A DNA stretch of 64,000 nucleotides from a virus, in the IMG/VR virus record IMGVR_UViG_3300034082_004296, positions 64,001 through 128,000 of that record, one strand, 5' to 3'. Both the position numbers and the translations under genes were made by a program. This document shows positions 28,724 to 40,337 of this stretch, in pieces. Below the pieces are notes generated by a model. The model searched no databases. It saw nothing but the letters and a program-made list of their open reading frames with translations, and was not told the origin of the DNA. The number at the start of each line of letters is the position of its first letter. Positions within the stretch are counted from its first letter, which is position 1.

Positions 28724-29859
28724 AATGATGATAGGTTATTTTTTAAGTTAGTGAATTCCCTAAAATTAAAGCGCGTGATAGAGTAGTCATTAAAGAAATC
28801 TACTAGAGATTCTCTGATCTCATCTGGAAAAACTTTAATAGAAAGACGAGTTAACCTAATGTTAAATAATAGGTGTTCTCTGATCTCATCTATTTTATCC
28901 TGATCCTTAATCTTATTGATTGTTTGTATCTCCTCGACCACTCCAGAAATGACTGACTCATTTAGCTCATCTAGTAGAGATATAAAGCTTTCTCCAAACT
29001 TATTATACACTGCAGCAATTACTTTTTTGGCTTTTGCTGGAGACACGCTAGTTATTTTTGGGATATTATCAGACTTATCACCTAATAATATCTTACTTAG
29101 GACGTCCTCGACAAGATCTACTTTATACTCAACATAGTCTTTGCTTGCTAAATTTGAGATGGTCTTTTCTATGGTTGCTCCAGTAATGTGCACATCGCTT
29201 AAGGAAAAGAAGTTATCTATCTCCTCATTCGCTGCAGTAGGAACAAGCTGAGTGGGAACAAATAGCCTCTTGGTTTTGGCCATTTGTTTAGGTGTGATAA
29301 GTAGCACGTTTTTGTTCGGTGTACCCGTCAACTGTTTTAGATCCTGATCTACTGAGTATATCAGGATATCGTCGCTAATTATGTCACACAGATATGCAAT
29401 GATGTCATCACCTTCAGTACCTTTAAATTTATATTGATTTATTCCAGCACGATCAACCAATTGAGGCATTAGTATGTGCTGAAAATAATCAAAGAAAAGA
29501 TACTGATGATCGTCATATTTACGGTTTCCCTTATACTTAAATTCAGTAGGCGCAGAAGAAGTCTTGAAGTCAGAGTTTTTGAAAAACTCATTCGTATATT
29601 CTTTTCTCCAACTTGTTGAATCAAACACGATATGCACCCTTTCTGGGTGAGAGGAAATCGGTGTGATTAGGGAATTTAAGTAGGTAAAACAGAAATTTCT
29701 AAAGGTTACTCTTACGTGGTCCTTTAGCATGAATCCATCATCATTAAATAGATCATTAACATAGTATGCGTCACCAGTTCTCTTGTCTTTTGCTGACAAT
29801 GACTTGGTGACGCTTATTGCGACATTAATAAAGGCGTTCCCGTCTATGATTAAGTCCAT
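28720..29859 (-). CDS. 5'-3' exonuclease / T4 RNase H-like flap nuclease
   Basis: IIDGN, VFDSTSWRK, YKGNRK, EGDDIIA, DQDLKQL, GDKSDNIP. Confidence 0.9.
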   Translation of the reverse strand: MDLIIDGNAFINVAISVTKSLSAKDKRTGDAYYVNDLFNDDGFMLKDHVRVTFRNFCFTYLNSLITPISSHPERVHIVFDSTSWRKEYTNEFFKNSDFKTSSAPTEFKYKGNRKYDDHQYLFFDYFQHILMPQLVDRAGINQYKFKGTEGDDIIAYLCDIISDDILIYSVDQDLKQLTGTPNKNVLLITPKQMAKTKRLFVPTQLVPTAANEEIDNFFSLSDVHITGATIEKTISNLASKDYVEYKVDLVEDVLSKILLGDKSDNIPKITSVSPAKAKKVIAAVYNKFGESFISLLDELNESVISGVVEEIQTINKIKDQDKIDEIREHLLFNIRLTRLSIKVFPDEIRESLVDFFNDYSITRFNFREFTNLKNNLSSL

Positions 29860-29868
29860 GTTAACTTT

Positions 29869-30156
29869 TTAATTTTTATCTTGTGATTCGTTTTTCTCGC
29901 TAGTCTTACGGATTGCTCGAATGGCTGCAGAAAGAGTCTCAGATTCTAATAAATTAAATCCTCCTTTTGCTTGTGAGTAATTAGCAGATGCGATTAGGAC
30001 AAATAGCGCTTGACTGATATTCATTGTGCTGATAAAATCTTCATAAGCATTATCGTCAGCATAGGTAATTGTTCCAAATAGGATGTTTTGAGTAGCCTCA
30101 GTCGTTTGAGTTTTCTCTTTTTCAAGAGTTACTTGTGATTCTTTATTTTCTTCCAT
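29869..30156 (-). CDS. Hypothetical protein
   Basis: 95-aa ORF in operon. Confidence 0.6.
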   Translation of the reverse strand: MEENKESQVTLEKEKTQTTEATQNILFGTITYADDNAYEDFISTMNISQALFVLIASANYSQAKGGFNLLESETLSAAIRAIRKTSEKNESQDKN

Positions 30157-30170
30157 GGTAATAGGTTATT

Positions 30171-31202
30171 TTAAAGATTTGAGAATAGAGAATCATATTC
30201 ATCGTCAGAGTCAGTCGAAGAAACGGATTCAGATTCGATTGCTGTTTCTAAATCAAGTGAAGCAGGTTTAGCTGGAGTACTTGAAAACTCTAGATCATCA
30301 TTAACACTGGCTTTAGGGGCGTTTGATTTTCCAGGTTTCATTTTAGAACGAATTAATTCATTCATTTTAGTATCCTTACTTCTTTCAAGAATCATCTCCA
30401 ATACTTCTCTTTGAGGAACTGCTGCAATAATAGCTTCCGCTACTTTAGTGAAAGTTTCTTCTGTCCAATCTTGGTGAAAATATTCATCCATTTTTGGAGT
30501 ATTTTTTGTCATGAACTCGGTTACAAGCTTAACTGATTTTTCATCATTTTTAACCTGTACTTGAGTATCACCGATTTTAAATACTAGTGGAGTAACTTCA
30601 TCCATGAATTTACACTTAGACCAATCTCTAAAATCTTTGGTTTTTTTACCAACAACACAAAGAAGATCTTTTCCTTCAAGTAGGTGATAAGGATTTACTT
30701 TTTTACTAGTTGAAAATCCATCAAGCTCTTCAGGATTTACTAATTGGTCAATAAGCATTCCAATTTGATTTCTAAACTTGAAGATTTTAATAGTTCCTTC
30801 AAGATCAGGTCTTTGTGGATCTTTCTTGATGTAAACAGCTGAGTGATTAGTACTCCATCGTGAGAAGTTTCTACCAATTTCTTCAGCGATTTCAGGTTCC
30901 TCTTTTTTCAAAGATCTTAGAACTGATTCCATTGTCCAAAGGATTGAAGGTTTTTCAACATTCGATGGACAGTCAATAATTAAGGATTCCTTAGTTAAAG
31001 GATTCCAAAATTTAGCAGTGTACTTTGTGTACTTGCTTTTTGTTTTGTCAAACACATACGGAATAAATCGGAAAACTGACTTATACGAACCGTTGTGCGC
31101 ATTTGGATCCGGATCATACACGTTCGGATCTACTTTTTTACTGCCACCAGCCTGAGGTTTCTTTGTGAATCCGTCTTCTGGTAAATCAAAAAAATCTGTC
31201 AT
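30171..31202 (-). CDS. Single-stranded DNA-binding protein (gp32-like; start revised to 31202)
   Basis: FRFIP, VYIKKDPQRPDLEGTIKIFKF, NPYHLLEGKD, acidic C-terminus DDEYDSLFSNL; promoter motif lies just upstream of 31202. Confidence 0.8.
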   Translation of the reverse strand: MTDFFDLPEDGFTKKPQAGGSKKVDPNVYDPDPNAHNGSYKSVFRFIPYVFDKTKSKYTKYTAKFWNPLTKESLIIDCPSNVEKPSILWTMESVLRSLKKEEPEIAEEIGRNFSRWSTNHSAVYIKKDPQRPDLEGTIKIFKFRNQIGMLIDQLVNPEELDGFSTSKKVNPYHLLEGKDLLCVVGKKTKDFRDWSKCKFMDEVTPLVFKIGDTQVQVKNDEKSVKLVTEFMTKNTPKMDEYFHQDWTEETFTKVAEAIIAAVPQREVLEMILERSKDTKMNELIRSKMKPGKSNAPKASVNDDLEFSSTPAKPASLDLETAIESESVSSTDSDDEYDSLFSNL

Positions 31203-31226
31203 AATTTTTGTTGTTATTTTTATATT

Positions 31227-31253
31227 CTTGTACTGGTAATCCGATAAAAGTTT
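31227..31253 (-). promoter_or_regulatory. Putative early/middle promoter AAAC-N16-GTACAA
   Basis: AAAC TTTTATCGGATTACCA GTACAAG. Confidence 0.6.
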
Positions 31254-31263
31254 TAAAAAAAAC

Positions 31264-31290
31264 AAAAAATGCCTCAAAAAGAGGCATTTT
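31264..31290 (-). terminator. Intrinsic terminator after the Hc1-like gene
   Basis: AAAATGCCTC-AAAAA-GAGGCATTTT with A run (T run on the minus strand). Confidence 0.75.
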
Positions 31291-31311
31291 CCGGTTTATA
31301 GGTTTAGGAGT

Positions 31312-31581
31312 TTACTTAGCTGAAATCTCGTCAGTTAGAACTTGGCGAAGGTTTTTTGCTCCTTCTTGAATCTTAGTCATTTCAGCTTTAACCATTGGAT
31401 GCTTGATTGCTTTTCTAATCTCTTGCATTTTCTTTTTAAGTCTGTTTCCAGCGCTTTTTACGCCTTTTCCATAATACTTATCAGCATCGTCTTCTGCTGA
31501 AGATACAAGAGAAACAATCGGTTCGAATATTGCAGCCTGTGCTGATGCAATTTCCGCTTTTAATTTTTCAAAATCGTTCAT
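31312..31581 (-). CDS. Histone H1-like (Hc1-family) nucleoid protein
   Basis: AEDDADKYYGKGVKSAGNRLKKKMQEI...AKNLR matches the Bacteroidota/Chlamydia Hc1 pattern D..KF..KGNKAAGTR.RK. Confidence 0.72.
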   Translation of the reverse strand: MNDFEKLKAEIASAQAAIFEPIVSLVSSAEDDADKYYGKGVKSAGNRLKKKMQEIRKAIKHPMVKAEMTKIQEGAKNLRQVLTDEISAK

Positions 31582-31600
31582 ATTTAATACTTTTTATAGT

Positions 31601-31627
31601 ATTATACTAGATATTGAGTATTGGTTT
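31601..31627 (-). promoter_or_regulatory. Putative early/middle promoter AAAC-N16-GTATAAT
   Basis: AAAC CAATACTCAATATCTA GTATAAT, 19 nt before the ATG. Confidence 0.6.
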
Positions 31628-32377
31628 TTATATTGAATTAACTATATGATCTACTTTGCTTGAGAAAGTAGCGTCTGGATATAGTTCTAGAGCTCGAGTA
31701 ACCCATACTTCCATGACATGATCGTATTCTGACTCACTCATGTAATTAGATTCAATAAAAGGCAGGAGATAATCGTCAAAAACTTGATCGATTGGACAGT
31801 TTTGCTCCTTTGAGCTATAGTACATTCCTTCAATCATTGATTCTATCTCGTCCATCAATAGAAAGTAACGATAACTCTTTTTAGCTCCTTCCCTTTTGTG
31901 TTTACTGCTAACCTGAGAATTAAAAGGCGAGCGGTTCATTCCTAACTGATCTAGGTGATTTGTTTCGTGTGATAAAATATCAATTAGTCGATAGTGTAAT
32001 TTACTATATAGGATCGGCTCTTCTCTAGGATTTAGGATAATATGAACTATTATTTTTGGAACAGCTACTGTAGATCTACTCATTCTAGTATTAGCGTCTA
32101 TACTGTATCCAAGTTTATCAAAGTTTATCTTTTCCCAAGGAAGACCCTCAAAGTGACTGTCTTCTTCTAAGTCAGGTGAAGAGTCTCTACGAACATTTAG
32201 GATCAAATCAAAGGTAAATGGTTCAATAAATTCCATTCCAGAAAAAACAGAATACTCTGTGCTCTCACCTGTAGGTGAAGTACGAATCTTTGTGATTAGA
32301 GTTTGAGCCAATCTTTTGATAAACTCTTCCTTGCTATCCACGTTTTCATTTATGAATTGATTGAAAGACTTAATCAT
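31628..32377 (-). CDS. Putative head-internal protein with HExxH (zincin-like) motif
   Basis: MIKSFNQFINE N-terminus; LSHETNHLDQ...DEIES. Confidence 0.6.
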   Translation of the reverse strand: MIKSFNQFINENVDSKEEFIKRLAQTLITKIRTSPTGESTEYSVFSGMEFIEPFTFDLILNVRRDSSPDLEEDSHFEGLPWEKINFDKLGYSIDANTRMSRSTVAVPKIIVHIILNPREEPILYSKLHYRLIDILSHETNHLDQLGMNRSPFNSQVSSKHKREGAKKSYRYFLLMDEIESMIEGMYYSSKEQNCPIDQVFDDYLLPFIESNYMSESEYDHVMEVWVTRALELYPDATFSSKVDHIVNSI

Positions 32378-32889
32378 TATCTTTTATGTTTTACAAAAGT
32401 CACCTCTATTTCATCAGTAGTAGGAGTACCGTTTGAAAAAACAACAGTAACATCTGGTAATTTCTTAGCAATTAGGTTGGCTGAAACTGCATTCTTTAAC
32501 TTTTCAATAAATTGAAGATCATCGCTTGAAATATTTGTACGATCTCCCTTGATTATGTCTTCTAAACTCTTTTGACGAATCTCTATCTCCGGCTTATTTA
32601 GGTCATTCTTATCTGAAGAAATAACGTTTTCTTTGATCCAGGCCTGCAACTTGTCCTTTTTAATTGAATAACAAGGATACTCTACCACAACGCTACCGTC
32701 TGGATATTTTCTACGAGTTGTACCAGCATCTTCTGGCCCAGTCATGAATATAAACTTATACTCTACTGGCTTTGCGCCTGGTGCACCGGGTGTTCCTGGA
32801 GCAGGCGGTGCCCCTGGCATCATTGGCGGGGCTGCCATATCTTGCTCAAATAAAAAATCAGAATATTTTTTGATGTGTTTATTTTTCAT
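32377..32889 (-). CDS. Putative head-internal protein (start revised to 32889)
   Basis: MKNKHIKKYSDFLFEQ then a Pro/Ala/Gly linker. Confidence 0.6.
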   Translation of the reverse strand: MKNKHIKKYSDFLFEQDMAAPPMMPGAPPAPGTPGAPGAKPVEYKFIFMTGPEDAGTTRRKYPDGSVVVEYPCYSIKKDKLQAWIKENVISSDKNDLNKPEIEIRQKSLEDIIKGDRTNISSDDLQFIEKLKNAVSANLIAKKLPDVTVVFSNGTPTTDEIEVTFVKHKR

Positions 32890-33112
32890 CTTTGTTAGAA
32901 TCTTTCTTTTTTTCAATAATCACCCCTCCACGTTCCTTCCACATTCCTCGATTTATTTGAATATCTTTATTTTTACCATCTATTGTGATCGCGCCATCTT
33001 TTACTCTTTTGACTTGATATCGCGTTCCCATCCAGCGAATGGTGTCCCCTTTTTCAATAGATTCAAATTCATTGTCCTTGCTCTCGTTTATGAACTGGTT
33101 GAAATTAAGCAT
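32879..33112 (-). CDS. Small putative head-internal protein
   Basis: MLNFNQFINES; GATAAATAA 16 nt upstream on the minus strand. Confidence 0.6.
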   Translation of the reverse strand: MLNFNQFINESKDNEFESIEKGDTIRWMGTRYQVKRVKDGAITIDGKNKDIQINRGMWKERGGVIIEKKKDSNKDEK

Positions 33113-33128
33113 GAAACTAGATTTTTTA

Positions 33129-33137
33129 TTATTTATC
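33129..33137 (-). promoter_or_regulatory. Late promoter motif GATAAATAA
   Basis: 16 nt before ATG 33112, just after the nrdA terminator. Confidence 0.7.
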
Positions 33138-33142
33138 TAAAC

Positions 33143-33170
33143 AAAAAAGCAGCAAAGGTTATTTGCTGCT
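33143..33170 (-). terminator. Intrinsic terminator after nrdA
   Basis: AAAAAAGCAGCAAA-GGTTA-TTTGCTGCT. Confidence 0.7.
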
Positions 33171-33194
33171 CCGATATATTTTTTTATTAGTTGC

Positions 33195-35000
33195 CTATCC
33201 ATCACAGCTTAAACAATCGGTCATTGCTCTAGCTGAAATATCTCCTCTTAATACTGACTCTGTTCTCATGTAATAGAGAGTCTTGATTCCAGACTGGTAT
33301 GCTTCTAAGTGAACTTGGTTGATAAACTTAGGTTCAGCTTCAGTAGGGAAAGCAAGATTTAAAGAAACTGCCTGATCAATGTATTGTTGGCGCAAGCCGG
33401 CCTGTCTAACTAATTCTAATTGATTGATTTCTTTAAACGTAAGGTATACGTCTTTTAATGGAACATATACACTCTTTTCTACTTCTGGAAGCTTGGTCCA
33501 TTTGCTTAGAGTGATTGGGTTACTTGTCTCCCCTAGTTTTACTCGATAATTATCTAGAAAATCTAATCCTTGAACTGATCCTCCATCAGATAATATTTGA
33601 TCCCATACTTCTTTAGTATCGTGCCCTAATTTTTCAAGAACTCGTTCTAATGATGGGTTCTTACGAATAAATGTACCTTTAGCAGTTTGCTCAGTAAAAA
33701 CGTTGGCTGCCCATGGTTCAATACCGGCAGAAACATTTCCAGAAAGCTTAGAATTAGACACAGTAGGGGCAATCGCTCTTAAATGAGTGTTTCTCATTCC
33801 AGTACCAACACACCATAGAGGCTCGCCGTATTCTCTAGCCATGTCTCGACTTGCTCTTTCACTCTCAATCTTTAACTGAGAAAAGATCTTTCGGGTCTCA
33901 AATTGAGCGGGTAGAGAATCAAATGGGATATTTTTATTTTGTAAGTATGTGTGCCAGCCAAGTACGCCAAGACCAAGGGCTCTACCTTTTTCAGCAGACC
34001 TAACTGAGTTTTCAAATCCTCTCATGTATTTTGCACGATGGATAAATTCTTCTAATACGCCATCTAGAAACCAAGTAGCAGTATAGATAAGATCGGTGTC
34101 TTTCCATTCATCGTATTTAGCTAAGTTTAGCGAGGATAGACAACAAACAAACGAGTGATTCTCATCAGTATGTAAAGTGATCTCAGAACAGATATTGGTC
34201 ATATATACTTTAAGGCCGTTCTTTTTATATGCTTCTGGGCTTTGGCGATTAACGTTTCCTTTATACATAATATATGGTTCGCCAGTAGCTTTACGTTTTC
34301 TTAAAACAGCAGTCCATCTTCTTCTGGATTCCTTATCTCCATGCTCAAGTTTTTGCATAAAATCATCAGATACAATAACGCACTGGTGTAAATTTAAACA
34401 CTGACGATTAATATCTCCTTTAGGCTCCCTAATTTCAAGCCAGTCCCAAAAATCTCCGTGTTCAATATCTATATTTACTGAAGCTGCACCTCTACGAACG
34501 TTTCCTTGATTAGTAGCGAGCACGGCAGAATCATAAATCTTACAAAATGGAACGACTCCATCCGATGTGCCATTTTGAGCAATCGTTGAACCTGCTGGAC
34601 GAACTTGATTTATTCCGATTCCAACGCCTCCTCCGTGTTTGGCAAGAAGCATTAACTCTAAGTTTTTGTTTCCAATATCTGCGATTGAGTCAGCTACGTC
34701 TATTCCAAAACAGCTAATGGGTAAGCCGCGTTCAGTACCAGTATTAGAAAATACTGGGGTGGCTAAATTTAACCATCCACGCCACATGTAATCAAAAAAC
34801 TTAGAAGCTAGTTCAGGTTTTCTAAGTCGCTTAGCGACTGCACTGGCAACTCGCCAGTAGGCATCCTTTGGAGTTTCACCTTCAAGTAGGTAGCCCTTAG
34901 ATACTGTTTTGACATATACTTCAGTATTTGCCCATACTGGATAGTGTACTCCTATTTCCCAACCTAGTGATTCACCATGATTTACTTCTTTTTCTTCCAT
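33195..35000 (-). CDS. nrdA: Class I ribonucleotide reductase alpha subunit (no ATP cone)
   Basis: ATPVFSN, PISCF, GGGVG, RRGA, TNICSEI, CCLSSLN, APTVSNS, KTLYY, C-terminal CLSCDG. Confidence 0.95.
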   Translation of the reverse strand: MEEKEVNHGESLGWEIGVHYPVWANTEVYVKTVSKGYLLEGETPKDAYWRVASAVAKRLRKPELASKFFDYMWRGWLNLATPVFSNTGTERGLPISCFGIDVADSIADIGNKNLELMLLAKHGGGVGIGINQVRPAGSTIAQNGTSDGVVPFCKIYDSAVLATNQGNVRRGAASVNIDIEHGDFWDWLEIREPKGDINRQCLNLHQCVIVSDDFMQKLEHGDKESRRRWTAVLRKRKATGEPYIMYKGNVNRQSPEAYKKNGLKVYMTNICSEITLHTDENHSFVCCLSSLNLAKYDEWKDTDLIYTATWFLDGVLEEFIHRAKYMRGFENSVRSAEKGRALGLGVLGWHTYLQNKNIPFDSLPAQFETRKIFSQLKIESERASRDMAREYGEPLWCVGTGMRNTHLRAIAPTVSNSKLSGNVSAGIEPWAANVFTEQTAKGTFIRKNPSLERVLEKLGHDTKEVWDQILSDGGSVQGLDFLDNYRVKLGETSNPITLSKWTKLPEVEKSVYVPLKDVYLTFKEINQLELVRQAGLRQQYIDQAVSLNLAFPTEAEPKFINQVHLEAYQSGIKTLYYMRTESVLRGDISARAMTDCLSCDG

Positions 35001-35127
35001 TTTTTATTTGATTTAATTTTTGTGCTATTCTGGGTGAGATTCCGATCCATTCAACAATGCCTCTTTTGCCTACTTCATGGAGCTTATTAAAATACTCTTC
35101 CCATGGTGTTAATTTATTATCTTGCAT
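34972..35127 (-). CDS. Possible 51-aa hypothetical protein
   Basis: Manual ORF MQDNKLTPWEEYFNKLHEVGKRGIVEWIG... fills the gap between the SET gene and nrdA. Confidence 0.35.
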   Translation of the reverse strand: MQDNKLTPWEEYFNKLHEVGKRGIVEWIGISPRIAQKLNQIKNGRKRSKSW

Positions 35128-35130
35128 GCT

Positions 35131-35496
35131 TTATTCAAAAGAGCGTATTTCACAAACTAATTGTCTATAGTCAGTTAGAATTTCTTCCCCTGACTGGATA
35201 TCTACTTTTGCATAAGTGCAAGGTCCATCCTCATAAACATTTGGCTCGTCTGAATGATTTGTAAATTTATCATTATCCATAGAGCAATATATGACATCTC
35301 CTCTTCTATAACAATACATATTTATGTAAGATAATTCTCTTTCGCTGTATTTAAAAAGATCTTCTTTTTCTATTTTAATAGAAAGATTATCTTCCTCAAA
35401 TATCTTGGTTCCTTTTGGAATAAATTCATCTGCAAAAAGACCTAGACCGGCCCCAGGTATTGTACTTGTATCGATTTTTGTTTTAACTAATAACAT
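35131..35496 (-). CDS. SET-domain protein-lysine methyltransferase
   Basis: GAGLGLFADEFIPKGT, KFTNHSDEPN, DIQSGEEILTDY. Confidence 0.88.
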   Translation of the reverse strand: MLLVKTKIDTSTIPGAGLGLFADEFIPKGTKIFEEDNLSIKIEKEDLFKYSERELSYINMYCYRRGDVIYCSMDNDKFTNHSDEPNVYEDGPCTYAKVDIQSGEEILTDYRQLVCEIRSFE

Positions 35497-35511
35497 ATCA
35501 ATCCTTTTTAT

Positions 35512-36516
35512 TTACCAAAGTTCGTCTTCTGACCAGTTTTCATTTTCTCCAGCCTTTGCATAATCAGTAGGACGAATTGCGAAAAAATCAGTATGAGTAT
35601 GTCCGCCAGTAAGATGATAAAACCAGTCAAGCTCAGAGGCAGAATCTTCACTATAATGGAAAACTGATTCGTATCCTAATTCATTTAGTTTTTCGTTTGC
35701 TCTCTTCTTAATAAAGTCTTTTAGGTTCTCAGATTTAAGATTCTCAAGATCTCCCATTTCAAACATTTTATCGATAAAAGCAAGTTCCATATCTACCATT
35801 AAGGCCGCCGCTTCTTCCACTTGTGCTTGAACTGACTCACGAAGTTCAGGATATTCTTCACACATATGTCTAAATAATTGACAGCCCATTTTAGAATGTA
35901 GTGATTCGTCACGGACTGACCACTTCATCTGTTGACCTATTCCTTTTAGATAGTTTCTCATTTGAAAAGAATATAGGACAGCAAAGGACGAATAGAGGGA
36001 TACACCTTCAGCGAATGCGGAAAATATAGCAAGAGACTTTGCCGCATCTCTACGGGCATCTGATGAATCAGCTAGATCAATATGGGTGTAATCGCTAGCA
36101 GTAGATAAGAGAAATTCAAATTTATTAGCAATAGTCGGCTCATGCATAAATCCTTTAAAATCATCTAATCCTAAAGTTTCATTAAGGTATGAATAAGCGG
36201 TTGCATGAATAGTCTCTTGAGAACCAAAGATCATGGCCATTTGTTTTATCTCATGCTTAGGAAACCACTTAGTCACCATGCCGGTCCAATAATCACTGAC
36301 TGCACACTCAGTTTGGGCAAAACCTAAAAGAATATTACCGACTAGGTTTTTCTCAGCAGATGTTAGGTTTTCATTCCAATCTTTAATGTCGCCTTGCATA
36401 GAGATCTCAGTATGTAACCAAAATGCTTGTGCTTGTTTGAGCCAGCCTTCTGTATAATAAACTGGATATTCAAAGGGTTTATATTCTATTCTTTCTTTAA
36501 AAAGTGAACTTGCCAT
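35512..36516 (-). CDS. nrdB: Class I ribonucleotide reductase beta subunit
   Basis: FWLHTE, ETIHATAYS, EGVSLYSSF, WSVRDESLH, HTDFFAIRPTDY. Confidence 0.95.
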   Translation of the reverse strand: MASSLFKERIEYKPFEYPVYYTEGWLKQAQAFWLHTEISMQGDIKDWNENLTSAEKNLVGNILLGFAQTECAVSDYWTGMVTKWFPKHEIKQMAMIFGSQETIHATAYSYLNETLGLDDFKGFMHEPTIANKFEFLLSTASDYTHIDLADSSDARRDAAKSLAIFSAFAEGVSLYSSFAVLYSFQMRNYLKGIGQQMKWSVRDESLHSKMGCQLFRHMCEEYPELRESVQAQVEEAAALMVDMELAFIDKMFEMGDLENLKSENLKDFIKKRANEKLNELGYESVFHYSEDSASELDWFYHLTGGHTHTDFFAIRPTDYAKAGENENWSEDELW

Positions 36517-36666
36517 ACTCTTTTACTTGTTTTTTTAGACAGCACAGCTTATACATCAGCTGGGCCAATTGTTAAATTTTTCAGTGTCACGTGTTTAATC
36601 TAGATTGAACTGAACTAGTTCTAAGTTATTTATCTTGACTTAATTTGGATGAGAGCTCTTTTGAAA

Positions 36667-37830
36667 TTAATTTTCAGAGTCTTCAACAAATTCAAACTTT
36701 AGGCTCTTATTTAGGACATCTACTTTAGATACTTTAACATATGGAAACCTATTTAAGTTCTTTTCAAGATCTTTTCTTTTTAGAGAAACTTCATAATTTT
36801 CTCCGTCGATCTCAATTGAAATAGAATTTTTCTTGATGTCAACGTCATATGTAAAACTTTTAGATTCGGTCTTTTCTCTAAGTTTTTGCCATGCAAGCTT
36901 TTCAGCATTGACGCTGTCTGCATTTAGAGTAAGAACTATTCTAAACTGTCCGCCTTTTGTTGTGATATCTTTTACAAAAACAGTTAATGGATCACCTGTT
37001 TTTAGAGTTTTTCTTATTTTTTCATAATCTTCAAACTCGGTTTGGTGAACAAGCCCAGTAAAGTAGCCATCTATCTCAACAAATACTCCAAAATCGTATG
37101 GTTTGTTAGTAAGTACCCCTTGATATTCTCGATTAAATTCTAAATTTTCAATCATAGTCGGCATCGACTGAGCAACATATTTCTTATATGAAAGTATGAA
37201 TAGATCATTTGCTTGGTCGTAGTTATCTACCATGACAGTTAATGTCTTATTTAACATATCATTGAAGTTATGCACGACATTTGCTGCTGCATGTGATCCA
37301 GGTATAAAACACTCTATCTCTTTTTTATAGACTGCTAAGTATCCTCCTTTTATTAGTTTTGTGATAGTTACATCAAACCATGTATTTTGATTAAGGTGAT
37401 CAAATAGTTCTTGTTTATATGAGATAGAAAGAGCTTTTCTCTCAGATCCATAGTTTTCTCCGTGTCTAGTTGATTTATAAACCATTATCAAGAACTCACG
37501 GTCTTCACCTTTGGAAAGGATATCAAGATCCTTAGAATACTCCCTAAATGGGATTATTACTGGAGTCTTGGAACCAATTTCTTCTGCGTGAATTAGTTTA
37601 TCGTCAAATGAGATAAGGTTTGCTTTTACTCGATATACTCCGCTTTCTTCAAGGTCCTTAGTTGATGTCTGCCACTGACCTGTGCTTTCAAGCTGATTCA
37701 TTCGGTCATATAGCTCCTGAGCATATGACTCTTGGCAATAGATTTTAACTCCAGCATTTTTATCCTCTGGTGTAAGACTCACTTCAGTATTATATTTACT
37801 TACTATTTTAAATGGATCTGTTGTTGTCAT
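36667..37830 (-). CDS. Ribosomal protein bS1-like multi-S1-domain protein
   Basis: Three S1-like domains resembling D1-D3: GSKTPVIIPFRE...GSERKA; ITKLIKGGY...CFIPGSH...ILSYKK; DFGVFVEIDGYFTGLVHQTE...GDPLTVFV. Confidence 0.8.
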   Translation of the reverse strand: MTTTDPFKIVSKYNTEVSLTPEDKNAGVKIYCQESYAQELYDRMNQLESTGQWQTSTKDLEESGVYRVKANLISFDDKLIHAEEIGSKTPVIIPFREYSKDLDILSKGEDREFLIMVYKSTRHGENYGSERKALSISYKQELFDHLNQNTWFDVTITKLIKGGYLAVYKKEIECFIPGSHAAANVVHNFNDMLNKTLTVMVDNYDQANDLFILSYKKYVAQSMPTMIENLEFNREYQGVLTNKPYDFGVFVEIDGYFTGLVHQTEFEDYEKIRKTLKTGDPLTVFVKDITTKGGQFRIVLTLNADSVNAEKLAWQKLREKTESKSFTYDVDIKKNSISIEIDGENYEVSLKRKDLEKNLNRFPYVKVSKVDVLNKSLKFEFVEDSEN

Positions 37831-37847
37831 TGTGAATTAATTTATAA

Positions 37848-37874
37848 TTTATACAAAGTTAGTGAATAAAGTTT
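37848..37874 (-). promoter_or_regulatory. Putative early/middle promoter AAAC-N16-GTATAA
   Basis: AAAC TTTATTCACTAACTTT GTATAAA, 17 nt before the S1 ATG. Confidence 0.6.
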
Positions 37875-37884
37875 TTATGGAAAT

Positions 37885-37915
37885 AAAAAAAAGAGATAGT
37901 TTCCTATCTCTTTTT
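37885..37915 (-). terminator. Intrinsic terminator after groEL
   Basis: AAAAAAAAGAGATAG-TTTC-CTATCTCTTTTT. Confidence 0.8.
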
Positions 37916-37935
37916 GCTTTTAATATTGGTCAGTC

Positions 37936-40320
<2,385 letters not shown>

Positions 40321-40337
<17 letters not shown>

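Noticed and set aside
36517-36625. Possible riboswitch or NrdR box in the nrdB leader
   Set aside because: Only a weak CAGCT/AGCTG hairpin; no recognisable consensus.
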